Source: Tubulanus polymorphus (lineage: Eukaryota > Animalia > Nemertea). From it: a stretch of 64,000 bases of DNA. This document shows, in pieces, positions 48,817 to 62,751 of this stretch. Made by a program: the position numbers and the translations under genes. Below the pieces are notes generated by a model. It ran no database searches and was not told where the DNA came from. It saw nothing but the letters and a program-made list of their open reading frames with translations. The stretch spans positions 10,005,950 to 10,069,949 of the forward strand of contig NC_134026.1 in assembly GCF_964204645.1 (NCBI RefSeq), read 5' to 3'. Numbering within the stretch: the stretch's first letter is position 1; every line of letters begins with the position of its first letter.

Positions 48817-51800
48817 TTTCAACCGTTTGTTGCAGCAATTTGACTATTCCCGAAACGAATGACTAATTTTTAAGTTAAATAGATACAAATAATCGTAACG
48901 ATGATAATAAAACATGAATAATAGCGAGTGACCTGAATTGTCCATCATCTTACCGAAATTAATCATGTTTACAACATCAGTTGCATCGATTTGCGAATTT
49001 GGAAGCTATTATATACGGCATATAATTAGGACCTAGCCAAATAGTAAAATATTCTTACTTCCTGTTGAGCAGACATACTACATAACTATATAGATATGGG
49101 GAAAACCGGGACTGCCCAAGCATTGCACCAATCACGAGCCATACCCAAACGAAAAATGGGAGTTGAACATTAGATCTATGGGACTGAACTTCTCCAATCG
49201 CTCTAAGATAATGATATAAGACGTACAAGGGAGTGTAAGCTTCATCGGCAGCGGTAACCTGAGCAGAGGGAAGGAAAACCAACCCTCAGTAGTTAACCAA
49301 CAGCAATCACAATCGTCGATAACAGAATCCACACCCTCAAATTAAAACAGATTGTACCGTATCCCAAGGCAATAAAAGGAGAATACTAAACCAACCCCCC
49401 CAGCCAACATGACCGAAGCCATGACAACGGGCACTAAGAGGCCCGCGGCAAGAGAATTGAAAACAGTACTCATTCAAAATGAAAAAATAACAGAATCATT
49501 AAAAATTCATTCCAAAATAGAACAAACTTTGAAGGCACACAATTCGACTATACGAAGATGCAAACCGTGTAAAAACCGATACCCAAAACTGATCGTAACA
49601 AACACCAGGGTGCGGAAACGGTAATCTGACCGGTGAAGATATCCATAGGTAACTTTATCACAATAATTGAAAATAAAATCCGCATCAAACAAACAGTAAT
49701 ACAATAAGAAGGAGTATACTCAACCAACACCCCCAGCCAACATCACCAAACCCTTGACGACGGACACTGACTAGGAGCCCGCGTCAAGAGAGTTGAAAAC
49801 AGGACGCAATAAAAACAATAGAAACAGATAAATGATCTGTTGCTCAAATCCTTTGCAATTCGGATGTTTCGACACCGAAGACCGTATGTTAAAGAAATCA
49901 ATCATCAGGTAAGATCAACAGGTAAGAGCCATGCAGCAAAATACTATAAAATGCTAAAATCTGAGTAATAAAAAGACTTTATCACGCGTACCGCACGAAC
50001 GGAGCAACTATATATGGTGCGTTGAGCGCGACTAAACTCTCCACGGAAAAGAAAATGCGCTAAATAAAACGCTGAAACAGAAATGATAGCCGAACTCCCT
50101 GATAAATCTTACAATAGTGGGATTAACGTACTACAGTTGAACCTCATTATTGAACTCGGAACAACGATTCATCGGATATAACATATACAGAATTGTGTCC
50201 CAAGTAGGACAATTTGATAATTTCATACTGAATGTAACGAACTATCGGTTGTAACGAACATATTATCTGGTCCCGTGAAGTTCGTTCTAACAAGGTTTCA
50301 CTGTGTACAGAAACGCACTTTGAATATGGAAAACCAACAACAACAACAATGATGATTGATGATGATGATGATGATGACGATGACACACACGTACGCAAGC
50401 ACGCTTGCACGCACGCATATTTATATTTAGGAATAAAAAATAACTGTCAGGTATAGCAAAATTTTCATGATTTGGTATTTTGAAAAAAATATTACGCCAA
50501 AAATTGCATGCCCATTTTGTAGATTTTTCACTTTCAGCATCGAAAAATGTATCTAAAATTCTGAATTTTTGTCTCGAATTCTACTTTTTCTAAATCTTAG
50601 ATTAGCCATAATTATCACTTAACAACTGTAAGCAACAAAATATAAGACAATTAAAAACCCGAACTTTATGTCCTTGATTTTATTTGTCATTTCGGTGACG
50701 ATCTGGATAATCCATGTCTGTGGCTGTCAATTATCAATAATAGTTGAACCTCGTTATAACGAACTCGGATATAACGATTCATCGGATGTAACAAATAAAG
50801 AATTTCGTCCCAAGTAAGAAAATTTAATCAATTGATACTGGATACAACACAACAAACTATCGGCAAATGAACATATTTTCTGGTCCCGTGAAGATCGCTG
50901 TAACGAGGTTTCACGGATTTCTACATTTTGTCCCTGCTTGTTTCTTCGAGCAACCGTTGATTGAAAACTATCGACCCCATTTTTTGCGAAGTTAGAACGA
51001 CCAAAAAACCATCGGTGTAACGATTATTCCACGTGCATTTCGGTGACGTAGATTTGTATCGCTAACAATCTAAAAGGACCACATCAACTTAGAGTGGCGA
51101 CAAATATTAGCTGGGGGATGCTATTTTACCTGTTTTACCTTTATAAAACCGACAGATATTTTTCAACCTGTTCGAATGTTTTACTATACTTATTTCACCA
51201 TTTACAATGAATTCTTGTACAACGTATATTCAATTTAGTGACATTTATATTTTACACAATAACAAACTTTCACAAAATCTGAGTAGATTGTGTGAGATTT
51301 GAATTGATTTTCTATTCACTGTTAACAACAAATCTTGCAAAAGGTGAATTCACCTGATGAAGCTACTATACATTGGTAGCTTGTTCGTCAAATGAATAGT
51401 TAATAGTTAAATATAGTACTACTCGTCATATTTATTCTTTATATCAAATTTGAATTAATTTTCCAATACATGGAAAGAAACGGTTAGTTCTAGAACATTC
51501 TCAGACGGCTAGCCAGTACGCTCTCAGACACTAACTGTCACAGTTAGTTTACTTTTAGACAGTCAATACACCCCCGGATCCTCATGAATCATGAATTCTA
51601 GTCAGATGCAGATTGGTCGCGCATATCCTAGTAACATTGTTCTAATGTCTGTTGTGAACAAAAAATCCGTGCAATATGCTATAGAAAAAATATACAGCAT
51701 TGCTTCGTTTCGTTTCTGCGTCCGTTTCTTCGCCGCGCAGAAACGCGCCGAAACGAGCGCAGAAACGAACCTTCGAGACGCAACTCAAAATATCGATTCT

Positions 51801-52099
51801 AGGAGGAGATTCGGAAAAGATGCCAATCATGATAATTGACATTCCAATAATTTCCTGGGGTTTTCTTGGTTTAGTTAATATAGAGAAGATAGATTTCTGC
51901 AAATGATTCGTGGCTGAGAAGATAGATTTCTATAAATGGGCCCAAATTTTCAATGTTAGATGAGAGTTTAGAACAACCTCTCTGGTGGATAATATTGTAC
52001 GCTGCAGTGGAGAGAAGATAAAGATGCTGAAGTATTAAGCGATACTAATAAAGTCTTAAAGACTTATCCTTGGATTACTTTACTTCTTGGATCGTTGAT

Positions 52100-52720
52100 T
52101 CTTGAAGTACATCGAAGAGGTTGCGATGTTACAGGAATCATTTATTGGAATCGACCGAGGAGATGCAAGGCAAATGGTTAAACGGGTCGAGAAAATGTGC
52201 AAGCCAGAAACACGGAAATTAGATCGATGTTTAACTCCGGAAAAGCTAGAAACACGGGAATTCGATCAATGTTTAAGTCCGGAAAATGCTGTATCAGATC
52301 CGGACCTTGTCATTTTCTGTGATGCCTCAAAGATGGAAATGCGGAGATTTGGTTTGCGTTCGCTTAGTCAGGAATTGTGCCTATCCGTACAATAAGTCTC
52401 TCACGAAAAGTACTACAATCATTGGCATTGGATTATGGAATTTATGAGACTATCAAGATTGACTGCTGACTCGAGATCAAGAGTGTTCCCATCTTCGCCG
52501 ATTCGACGATTGCCTGCTCGTGGATTTTCGATGACTTGCGCGTGAATGAAATGGTCGGAGGAAATCTGTCTAAAACGGAGCGCAGTTATCACGGTCAAAT
52601 GTCAGTCAACCGAGAATTTGACTGACGATAGTAGCCGTTGAACCAGTTAATCCGATATGGATGTTCGCTGGGTCAGTGGCCCAGAATTTCTACATCAACC
52701 GAAAGATATCTAGCCAGTTT
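52100..52720 (+). mobile_element. Degenerate BEL/Pao LTR retrotransposon pol (RNase H) fragment
   Basis: LVIFCDASK, DSTIACSWI, a NxAD-like block and a W..GPEFL-like block in the expected order. Confidence 0.6.
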
Positions 52721-53189
52721 CGTATCCTATGCCGTCGCAGTAACCGTCTTACAGTCGTGAACAACCACCTATAAAATTGAGCGGTGACAAAAACCAGAAG
52801 TAATGCGGGTCCAAGATATGATATTCTGCCAAGGCATGAAGATATAGAAGAGACCTAGCAACAACAGTAGATATACTGAAGGAGACTGTTGTGTTGTCAT
52901 TATTCCAGGTGAAAACATTTTCTTGCCAACGTTTTTTGATTCATCAAATAATTCAAAACAAAAACAAAGCAGTTTAACCGATCGTGACTGAGGGCAATTA
53001 TATTGCCATACATTATTTCCGCTTTTCGGGACCACGCGTTTCCGGGACATCCAGTCGTAACAGGTTGTATTAACCCAACAGAAAAACTTGCCAAAATTTG
53101 AAGATCATTATCTCTAACCGTTGATGAGAGAAATTCCCTCCCATACTACAGATAAATCATATTTCATTAGAATCATCAATAGATTTGGT

Positions 53190-53450
53190 GTTGCAAAATT
53201 GGCGATGAAGTCGCATTATCCGAGTATTCCGATTGATGAGGGTATATAGAAACTTCAAAACAATTCCTGGATGCTATCCAATTTGAAGATATCGATCGAA
53301 GCGCGATTAGCAAGGCTACAGAATTAATCTTAAAATCCAATATCTTATACTTTGATAATGAAATGATATCTCCAAAATTCGGGTACTGCTATTGGTTCAA
53401 AACTAGCACCATCGTTTGCAAATATTTTCACGCATATATTAGAATATATG
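53190..53450 (+). mobile_element. Penelope-like RT relic
   Basis: KSHYPSIPIDEGI (SLYxxIP motif) and GTAIGSKLAPSFANIF (GxAMGS motif). Confidence 0.65.
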
Positions 53451-55236
53451 CTTACTCCCATGAGGAAGGGGCTGTACTTTGTAAAATTTGAAACTGAAAA
53501 TCAATGATATTAGTTTGAAAGAAATTCTAAAATGAATTGAGGAAACATGCAGTTATTCATCATCCCTTATTCAAGTTATGTGAGGTGAAAATTTTGTACA
53601 GACCCTTACAATTTCACAAACGAGAAGACTTAAGTCTACATTGAAAAATATTTTATCAAATTCGTGAAATGAAACGACTTTCAGCGTAATAAGACTTTAT
53701 TTCAACAAATATTTAATTATCAAATTAATGTTTCCCGGAGCCAGTCGCTCAAAGGTTGATATAAGTTAACTTGAACAAAAATCATACATTCCAATTTCAA
53801 TAGCCAGTTAGTCGAACCAACTTTTCAGCAACTGCAACATCAAAAGTGATAAAAAGACCGGGTTTTGCTAAAAAGTGAATTCGAACAATATTCTGTGCTA
53901 AAAAGCCCCTACCATATACCAATGCCCACTTCTTCGACACCTCTTTCAAAACATTGTGTGAATAGAATTTTCGATATCAATAAGAGATTTCTTATTTCCT
54001 CGCTGCTATAACTTGCCTCATTTCAATGAAACATCGACGACGTCGACGACGAGGAAAGTTTTCGATTCAGAAATGAAAATATCTTTCGTTGCAACGTTAT
54101 TGATTATATGAACTTTATGTTGAGAGCAAACAAGTCATTCAATTTCCGTGCAATCGCAATATCTCCGCAGCGCACGGCATATTAATTCAACGATATAAAG
54201 CATAAAATCATCGGATGGAGAATTGATAAAAGATATAAATGGAATGTCTGTATTTTCTTCCAATAACATCGGCCATTCGTCAAAATTTTGCTATAGCGAA
54301 TACACTTCATTAATCGCCCGCAATTAATAAGCTCTACAAAGCATCAGGATAGATAAGTGCATACAAATTAGATCCTTTTACATGCTACGTACGCGAAAGA
54401 TGAGAAAAATTATTATTTCTTTGATTTAAAGCACCAATCTCAGATTTACTCATCGCAAATAATGATGAAAACATATAAAAAGATGATCGAAGATCAGCCC
54501 ATGTTTTCATCATTTTTATCATCATCTTTTCATCTTTCAGTATCTTTTCATCGTCCCAGGTTTCTTAAGAATAATATCTGTTCTTTTCCACTCGGTTGAA
54601 ACGATAGAAATGATCTCTTCTTCATTAACGGAATGTGTCAACGATGAAGCCTGAATGTAATAAAGTTTGTGAGGTTTCATATAAAACTGCGTATGTACTG
54701 AAATTACTGCCTCGTGCATATTTTTCTGATAAGAATACGTGCGGGGGGTTAACAGGGTATATTCGTATCTGTTAACTAAAGTGCCCACTTTCAAACTGGA
54801 GATAAATGGCAATACATATTCAGAATTTTCCATGGCGAGTTGAAGTTGGAATAATCAATTGAAAACACTGAAAGAACTTAGTCAGGGTCCAGTTTCACAA
54901 AAATGATGAAATCGAAGAAATTGAATCGATTAAAGAGTTAAACCGCATAAAATATGTATTACCGATACGTCCAAAAGTGGCTTCAAATCCAAAGACTGTT
55001 ATTTAGTTGTCAAATAGTGAGTATATATAACTGAAATGGCCATAAAGTCCAGTCTTAAACTGTTTAAGCCATGCCCATGAGCTTGGTTCCACAGTAACTG
55101 TCGAAGGTTCTTAGATTGATAGAATACATTATGCCCGATATGGCATTATACCCTGATATAACGTATCTAAAGCTCGGCTTGGATGGAATCGCGCACAATA
55201 TGTATATGTAATTACTCTAACGCGAAAAACGTTCGT

Positions 55237-56871
55237 TCACGGGAGATACCCTAAGCTTCGTTCAAAATCAACATCATCGGCCGCATCGGTTTTGTCGTCT
55301 TCTAAATTCAGATAACGCATAGATGACGACAAGGCCGAATCGATCTCGGCGTCTTTCTTCGATCTTAAATGCAAATCACGCGATCTGAAGGCGTTATCGG
55401 CCTTTCTCGCTTTACCACGTTCCGATATGGACCCGAAGCCCGTATCATAATCGGCTTTATTTCGCTTTTCATCGTCACGCGAAATATCAGCAAGGTTGTA
55501 AGCAGATTTCGACTTGTACTGCGATGCGACTCCGGGCGGCTCGTAACGATTTCCCGAGTCGCCGCTAGACGTTCCCGGTTTGGGAGACTGGATACCTCTG
55601 ATTGTCGGCAGAACTTTCACACCGTTTCGCATGTAATTCGGAATGTATTTACCGGGAGTTTTGTTTTTTTGAGACGTGGAAATGTCGTCATCTGCAGGTT
55701 TACTCGGTTGAACCCTCTTATAAACGGTCGGTTGGATTTTGTCGACATTTTGTTGCTGCGGTTGGGATTGGTTTTCTTGTTCGTTATCATCCCACGAGTT
55801 CATACGCTTGTGTTGCTTGGGTATACTGACCTGATTCCAGCGATGCTCGTATCTATCGCTGGGATCCGACGATTCCGAACTCGACCGAATCATATGCGAG
55901 CGCACCGGCGAATCACAAACATTTTTTATCAGATCTGGTGTATAGTTTTCCGATTTTTGAGAGGCATCGGATGCCGATCTTTTCATTTTACCATCATATT
56001 TGTAACACGATGGCACATTCCCGGACTTTCCCGGACTAGATGGTGAATGTGGACCTTTAAGTGGAATAAAATCCTTATTTGATAGTGTAATAACGGACGG
56101 TTGAGGCTTGTGGAAACGTTTGTCTTCTAAAGTAGTTGGTGGAGTTATCCTGTTTTGGATCAGTTCTTGTCTAGCGTCGGAAGTTGGCGCTACATCGGGG
56201 TATTTTGTGTGAGTTAGTCTCCAGCCTTCTTCCGTAAGTCGCCAGTTTTCATAATTCGATTTCGTCGGAACGAATAGACTGTCGTCTTCGACCGTTAAAG
56301 CATTATAGTCTTCGGAATATGCCCGTCGGTTATCCGCTACGATCGTCGACATTTCCAACGCTTGTTCCGGAGACTGGCAAGCAATCAAGTGACACAAAAC
56401 GTTTTTCTTATTAGACGACGTGTACGTAAAGACTAACAGTGGCACATGCGGGTGTTTGAGATTCACAAGCCTGTCTTTAACTGGGAATAGACTTTTCGGT
56501 CTATCGGTTTGCACGACTTGACTCGGCATCAACGACTCGAACATCCCGTACATTTTCCTACCGGCGCTTTTAAACGTGCGTAGTATAATCGAGTCCCAAA
56601 ATTGCATCGCGCCGTATAGATAGGCGGGCTCGGTTTTACCGGTCGCCACGCTTTCGGTCTGTAAAACTTTCAGCTCCAAAGCGGAAAAAGCGATCATTTT
56701 TTGTCGATGGGGATAGTATCCGCCGGCTTTGATGAAATCGTAGTATATTTGATGTAGTTCTTTTTGCATCGTGTCCAGAGTACATTTTACTTCGGCTACG
56801 GTCCCGATAGTTACGCTGCCCAGGTAGATGCCCGCGAACTTTTTGACGACTTCAGACGTTACCTCCGTCAT
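55237..56871 (-). CDS. Intronless ~544-aa protein: PTB-like N-terminal domain, long disordered Ser/Pro/Gln/Lys-rich tail, C-terminal DFERSLGYLP
   Basis: Long ORF; first ATG at 56871 (MTEVTSEVVKKFAGIYLGSV); F..YLGS start and CHLIACQSPEQALEMSTIV end are typical PTB boundaries. Confidence 0.8.
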   Translation of the reverse strand: MTEVTSEVVKKFAGIYLGSVTIGTVAEVKCTLDTMQKELHQIYYDFIKAGGYYPHRQKMIAFSALELKVLQTESVATGKTEPAYLYGAMQFWDSIILRTFKSAGRKMYGMFESLMPSQVVQTDRPKSLFPVKDRLVNLKHPHVPLLVFTYTSSNKKNVLCHLIACQSPEQALEMSTIVADNRRAYSEDYNALTVEDDSLFVPTKSNYENWRLTEEGWRLTHTKYPDVAPTSDARQELIQNRITPPTTLEDKRFHKPQPSVITLSNKDFIPLKGPHSPSSPGKSGNVPSCYKYDGKMKRSASDASQKSENYTPDLIKNVCDSPVRSHMIRSSSESSDPSDRYEHRWNQVSIPKQHKRMNSWDDNEQENQSQPQQQNVDKIQPTVYKRVQPSKPADDDISTSQKNKTPGKYIPNYMRNGVKVLPTIRGIQSPKPGTSSGDSGNRYEPPGVASQYKSKSAYNLADISRDDEKRNKADYDTGFGSISERGKARKADNAFRSRDLHLRSKKDAEIDSALSSSMRYLNLEDDKTDAADDVDFERSLGYLP

Positions 56872-59740
56872 ATTGTCTATAACGCAGACGAATATCGACT
56901 CGCATGCAGCAACAATATATACTGTCAATACGTAAGTATGTTATGACAGCGAAGTGTAATAGCAATATCAATATCGGGCGAGACAAGTCATATTTTTCCG
57001 CACAACAGTAATCGTAGAAATAGTCAACATTTCCCGTCGAAACGATGTGCAACGACTTTCCATGGTAACCGACCTGCAACGACAAAGAACAACATACGCG
57101 TCAAATAAAAAACACATAAAATAGAAATGATGGCCGCAGTTTTCAGATACTCGAATATAATGCTTGATTAAAGCTTCAGCACGAAACCATCCATCATTTT
57201 GAGTAACTAGTTCTTATCAGGCTATACGCAGACAGCCGCCATCGTTCTTGTTAAATCAATTCTCTATTTATGAATTCAGGCCTCGTTTCATATTTCATTA
57301 ATGAGGGAGAAGTGAAATAAGCAGCCCCGTCCATAGCTCTTATTTATGCTGATAACCACGCACAACTGCAAATTAAAAGAGCTATGCGAAACGTCTTCGC
57401 CCATCTATTCGAAGAAAATGAATTTGAGACATGCATGCCATTGGCATGTTCAACAATCAATAGTCTATTATATATGTGAATCGATCAAAACAAATCGTAA
57501 CCGAAATTCAAATAGAATTGTCTACCGGTACACCTGAAATAAGATATAGAACACTCGCTCGTGAACTAAATTGACTTCACTTACCCCGTGGTTATTCCGG
57601 ATAACTTGTTTTAACTATAACAAATATACGCTTTGTAAAAAGAACTATCCAATAAAGAATTAGTTGTTATTGAGTATATACACTTTGGAGTATTCAGCCT
57701 AATCTATAGCGAAATAAAAGTGACTAAATTATGGAAAGATACTAAATTCCACGTTCATAGGCGTAGGCTGCGACAGAGATGACATTAGCTGTCCCATCCA
57801 CTCTGCACTGACTCACGATCGGGGCAGCAGGTGTTTGATAATTTATTAATCACTTCATATTCATATGCGTCTGTTATACGATGTGTGGAACGCCGCTATA
57901 TATAGTACGTGGAAACTGTATCATTATCAACAAAATAAACAACATGAAATGAAACCTGTTCCGTATTTTAGATATTTGTCACTACACTAGGTCTCCGAAT
58001 ACCAATTATGTATATCGATATATGTATGTATTCAAATGAGTTCGTACAAAAAACCCGCCAAAATAAAACATTTTTCAATGCATTGTCTATAATTTTCGGT
58101 CGACGAATATGTCGAAATGTTGGATTTTGTATGTCAGGTTCTTTATGTGTGTGTGTTAACGGCATAACGTGAGCGACCAGAGAATTCATGACATAGTAAC
58201 TCCACTGACAAAATTTGGCAACATTGCTGAATTTGATCGATAACTCGGTTATGTATAAATAATTATGTATACACTTAGCCTATACCTGCAAAATGTATAC
58301 CGAATGCCTGTAATTTATTAAACGAACGACCAATGTGTTTATTTGTGTACTAGCGTTTTTACCACAAATCAGACAAATTATCTTAGACATTATTCGTAGT
58401 GATCAGGACACATATAACAACGCGGCCACAACGTCAGTCGAAAAACTTAATAATATTCTTCACCCACGGCGGATTTACGATACAGTAATGAAATGCGTCA
58501 CATCGTGTGTGTACGTATAAATATGCGTGTTGGAGTGTTTGATTAGTCTATTTGTTACACTATTTTCCAATATTCTAATGCATATATACACATTGAATGG
58601 AGAATGCAACAGCATATTATTTTCGATGACCAAATTTCTAATCAATTCAGACGGTTTGATGAAGGTATGTATGTACGAGAAGACGTTCGATTGATGTGTA
58701 AATATATCATGACTGCATACTAACCTTTTTTCTGGTTTATGGTTTATTTAGCCCCAGCAAACCCGGCATTGCAGCTGCACTCCGTTACTGCAGCGAATAC
58801 TATAGAACGGTAAATACAGAACAATCAATACGCTTCCAAATAACTGTGATCGACGGAGCTGCAGGCAGCTTTAAATGCCGCTTGTTGAGGGAGCAGAACG
58901 AACGATTACCATTTGCTTGCTGTAATATTACTGGTAAATTCACAATATTTGCGCTTCTGGGTATACATAATAATACATGTATATCTGGTATTCAAAACAA
59001 ACAACTCGATTACTTTCTCCAGTGCTCAAAAATATTTTTGCGATTTGTTTGTTTCGATCACACCCTTCTACACTCGAGGGATCGGCTTCGATGTGAATAT
59101 GAATTTAGTTTTTTCTATCTCCTTACTACCAGGTTCGATCTAATGTATGATTGCAAAGACTATGATATAAACACGGAAGTCTACGAGTTCCAGTCGACAG
59201 TAGGTATTCTGAATATAATTAGAAATTATTCATTAACCGAAGTCTGAATGGTTTTATACTTGGACGAGCTGTTTGTTCGCTGTATATAGATTTCCAACCG
59301 CGATATTTCACACCATTACAAAATATGAAATGTGAAAGTTTTAGCATCAAGTACCAGTATCATCTATTATAAGTATTGATTAAGAAATATCATGGTATTT
59401 CAAAATTGATTTTCGAAATCATAAATAACATCTGGTGCGTATATTGTCCAGAACGGAAAATATTGTTTTTTGTTGAACCAGACTATTGGCGTATCTCAGG
59501 ATTCTATATAGAAGTATATTTACTAAAATTGTGCATGAGAAGCCTCGATGTTTGAGCGGAACCACACCCTCCATATTGATTTTCATCTCATTTAATACCC
59601 TGTATATCTAAACTAAACCACATTGTCGCTCAAACACGTAATAGGTCTGTAGTAATCCAGATCATGACCTATCAATAGAGGTACTTTACCTCTTGATGTG
59701 CTTTACGTTGGACGATTAGAAATCTTTATGTACTCCTTCG

Positions 59741-60470
59741 GTGCGTCCTGAAATAATGTCATTCTGATTTAATTAGTCCTAATTGATTAACGGAGGTACA
59801 TAATTTAAATCAATTTGTTCTAGAAGGAAGCCATGAATGAGGCGTGGATGTCAACTTCATACTATTAAACTTGCGTAGAAAATCACTGATGCATAAAGGA
59901 TACAGAACCAGTCATTCAAGAAGTGAAACATTATATCATTTGTATTATTATAGCGTCACCGATTGCTTCAAACCTTACTTTGAACTCAAAACTTAAACGA
60001 GTATTCTAAACTATAAGAATTTAAAAATTGACGGACAATAATCTGGTCCGTCTGCATAATTTCCATTACGACCGTCAATGTGCCCGTCTTCATTTTAGAC
60101 ACATAATTTAGCATGAGTGTAACTTAAATCAGCCATAACCATTGCCTAACTCCTCAGTATCCCTTGCTTCTTGCTTAGATGACATTACTATCCGTTTTTA
60201 TGGATCCATAGGAGGATTTTTGAAAACAAAGTCGTTGATCCAATCAAAGTATGATTCGTTGGTAAGTTTTTTTAAGAATAAGAATAAAATAGTTAAGTTT
60301 TTGAGTTGATCAATTTGTTACTTCATGGATGACCGGTTCTGTATCCTTAATGCACCAATTATTTTCCGTCGAAGTTTAATAATATGAAGTTAACATTGAC
60401 TAAATTACATACTACGGTATTTGTTTATTGATTACAAATAATTAAATCAGAGTGATATTTTAAGGACACC
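59741..60470. repeat. Old diverged inverted repeat (foldback relic)
   Basis: ACTTCATACTATTAAACTT...TGCATAAAGGATACAGAACC (59855-59910) is complementary to GGTTCTGTATCCTTAATGCA...AAGTTTAATAATATGAAGT (60336-60390); outer TCTGATTTAATT/AATTAAATCAGA. Confidence 0.65.
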
Positions 60471-62467
60471 CTAGATAATGGCTCCGCAGTCGGTTTCACA
60501 TGAATGACTGGGTATCATTGATATGCCATCATGCTGGTGATTTCATCGGTGAGTATTCGTAGATTATACTGTCAATCGTACAACGGCCAATGCGAATCGA
60601 TTTTTTGTTTTTTGATTAATTTCTCTAAGATAACTAACTCCCTACGGAAGAAGTTGTGGATTACATGATTTACACTGTAATTGAATGATAGCCTTTATAG
60701 AACTGATTCTATCTGGGGCAGGAGTACACGTAGTCGATACTTAGCTCATATTCCAATAGTCTTACAAGCCTATCATAGATTTGGGAGATCTCGACTCTCA
60801 AATGCTAGACCATAATTCCTAAAAGCGTCTTTACTAGGACTTCGACAACAACTACGAAGCTAGGTCAACGGCAAAGAATGGTATCGTGAAGTCCGCAGTT
60901 TTGTCTTAGAATTAAAGGTCACATTTCATTGGCATAACGTATCGGATGTGACATGGGGTCATACGTAGAATTTCCTCTATAGCCTATCTTACTTATTTAC
61001 GAATCCGTTTTCGGTCCACCATAGAAACGGCTTTGAATATATGCGTAGGCCTACCGGTATTCAAATTACGTATTCCCTTTGGAGTATAAACGTAAGAAGT
61101 TGGTTTAGATTTTATTCTAGTATAGTCTTACTATAGCCTTTTCTAAAATAACACGATCATTCTAAGCAGTATACGTACAATACACCATGTCGCATACCGT
61201 TACGTAATTAGCATTCACCAATGATTTTCTATCTGTCGTGAAATAAGGACTGGAGCGAGTGCATAAAAGAACTGTCCCTATACGAAATGATTAATGTCAT
61301 GTGTGCGCGACGTATAAATACGTAATTGATCCATAGGTCACAACGACACCTAAAAATTACCGTCAAATTAATCTTACCTCTCATATGAAATTACCGTTAT
61401 CAACCTTAAATCCAATTAGATATTTGAAGTCGCAGGAGCAGATACTTAGGGTGGGGCGACGCACAAAATGGCGCTTTTCAGCAGTATATATATTAGTAAC
61501 GAGTATACGTGTGGTGGTGTGTGCAGTGACATATCCGCGCTGTATATTGTCAACTATTAACGAACGCGAATGAAAATAAAAATATGCATAGCACATAATA
61601 GGTAAACAGGTTTGGGATTTCTTTTACGTTACACGTTCATTATCGAAGCCTTACGGCAATCGACGCTACAGCGACGACGGCTGTCAGGAAGACGACGCAC
61701 CGACTTGAATATTTATAACATATCTAGTTTTAACTTATATATTTCTCGGGGTTATTTTTCATCGCAAACAAGTTTTCAACCCTTAGAGAGGTTAAGCTAT
61801 TTGTTTGAACAAAATACTATTATCACAAGAACCGTCCTAATGACTACGTATATCATTATCAAACGAGAGTTAAGAGTTAAATTTATCGATGAAAATCTTC
61901 AGCGGTCATTCGTTCAACACGAGATCGTAATCATATATTTTTGCAATTCAAATATCTCATTACCTGTTCAATACTCCCTGGACGTTCTGGTCACCGACCG
62001 GTTGGAGATCACAGGGGCCCGTTTCATTGAACGATTTTTCATTAGTCGCATGGACTCTCGTTTTAGAGTCATGATTAGTCATTATACCCAAGTGCGAGAG
62101 AAGTGGTTTGATTTTCAGTCAGTAAATATCAACGAAAGCTACTAAGACCCACTACACGGTACATCAAATATCCTCGGCCACGGAATTCATAAGCAGCTTT
62201 CTCAAATTTTCAATTTTTAGAAGAAAATATTAGCCCGTACTTTATTTTTCAATCTAAAAACTGCACACGTTCTTATGTTTTACAAAAATATTCTTTTTAA
62301 ATCTGTACTAACATAAATATTACGGCCCTAGCACTTTAACGGAGTAATGCTGTGTCTGCTTTTCAGTTGGTTGTTCTCTGTGGAAATATCCCCGTCTTCT
62401 ACGAAGACGGAGAATGTTGCGTTTTACGAGAAACGACGGCTGAACAACCACAAAAGAGTGGCAGTTT

Positions 62468-62751
62468 AGAAGAAAATCCCTAGGATTCCTTTCAAATATT
62501 TACGCCACGTAAACTTTTATTTCTAACGCCACGTGGAGCTTTTCGATATATACAAAATTGGTTGAGGTTGCGTCTCAATATTGGAAAATTTTGATATGGC
62601 CACGCAAGAATGAAAAGTTAGTTCTAACGTGGCGTTAAAGCGAGAAAGAAAAAACGAAACATTTAAACGAAAAATTGGTTTTTAACTAAGGCGTTTAAAA
62701 TAAAAATTAACGTGGTGTTAGTATTTGAAAGAAATCCTAGGAATTTTCTTC
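62468..62751. mobile_element. Palindromic MITE related to 28565-28980
   Basis: AGAAGAAAATCCCTAGGATTCCTTTCAAATA...TATTTGAAAGAAATCCTAGGAATTTTCTTCT with ACGCCACGT/ACGTGGCGT repeats. Confidence 0.65.

Noticed and set aside
55369-56046. 225-aa + strand ORF
   Set aside because: Antisense shadow of the 544-aa gene
61612-62145. 177-aa ORF
   Set aside because: TTG start, no recognisable motif or splice support; cannot be called coding
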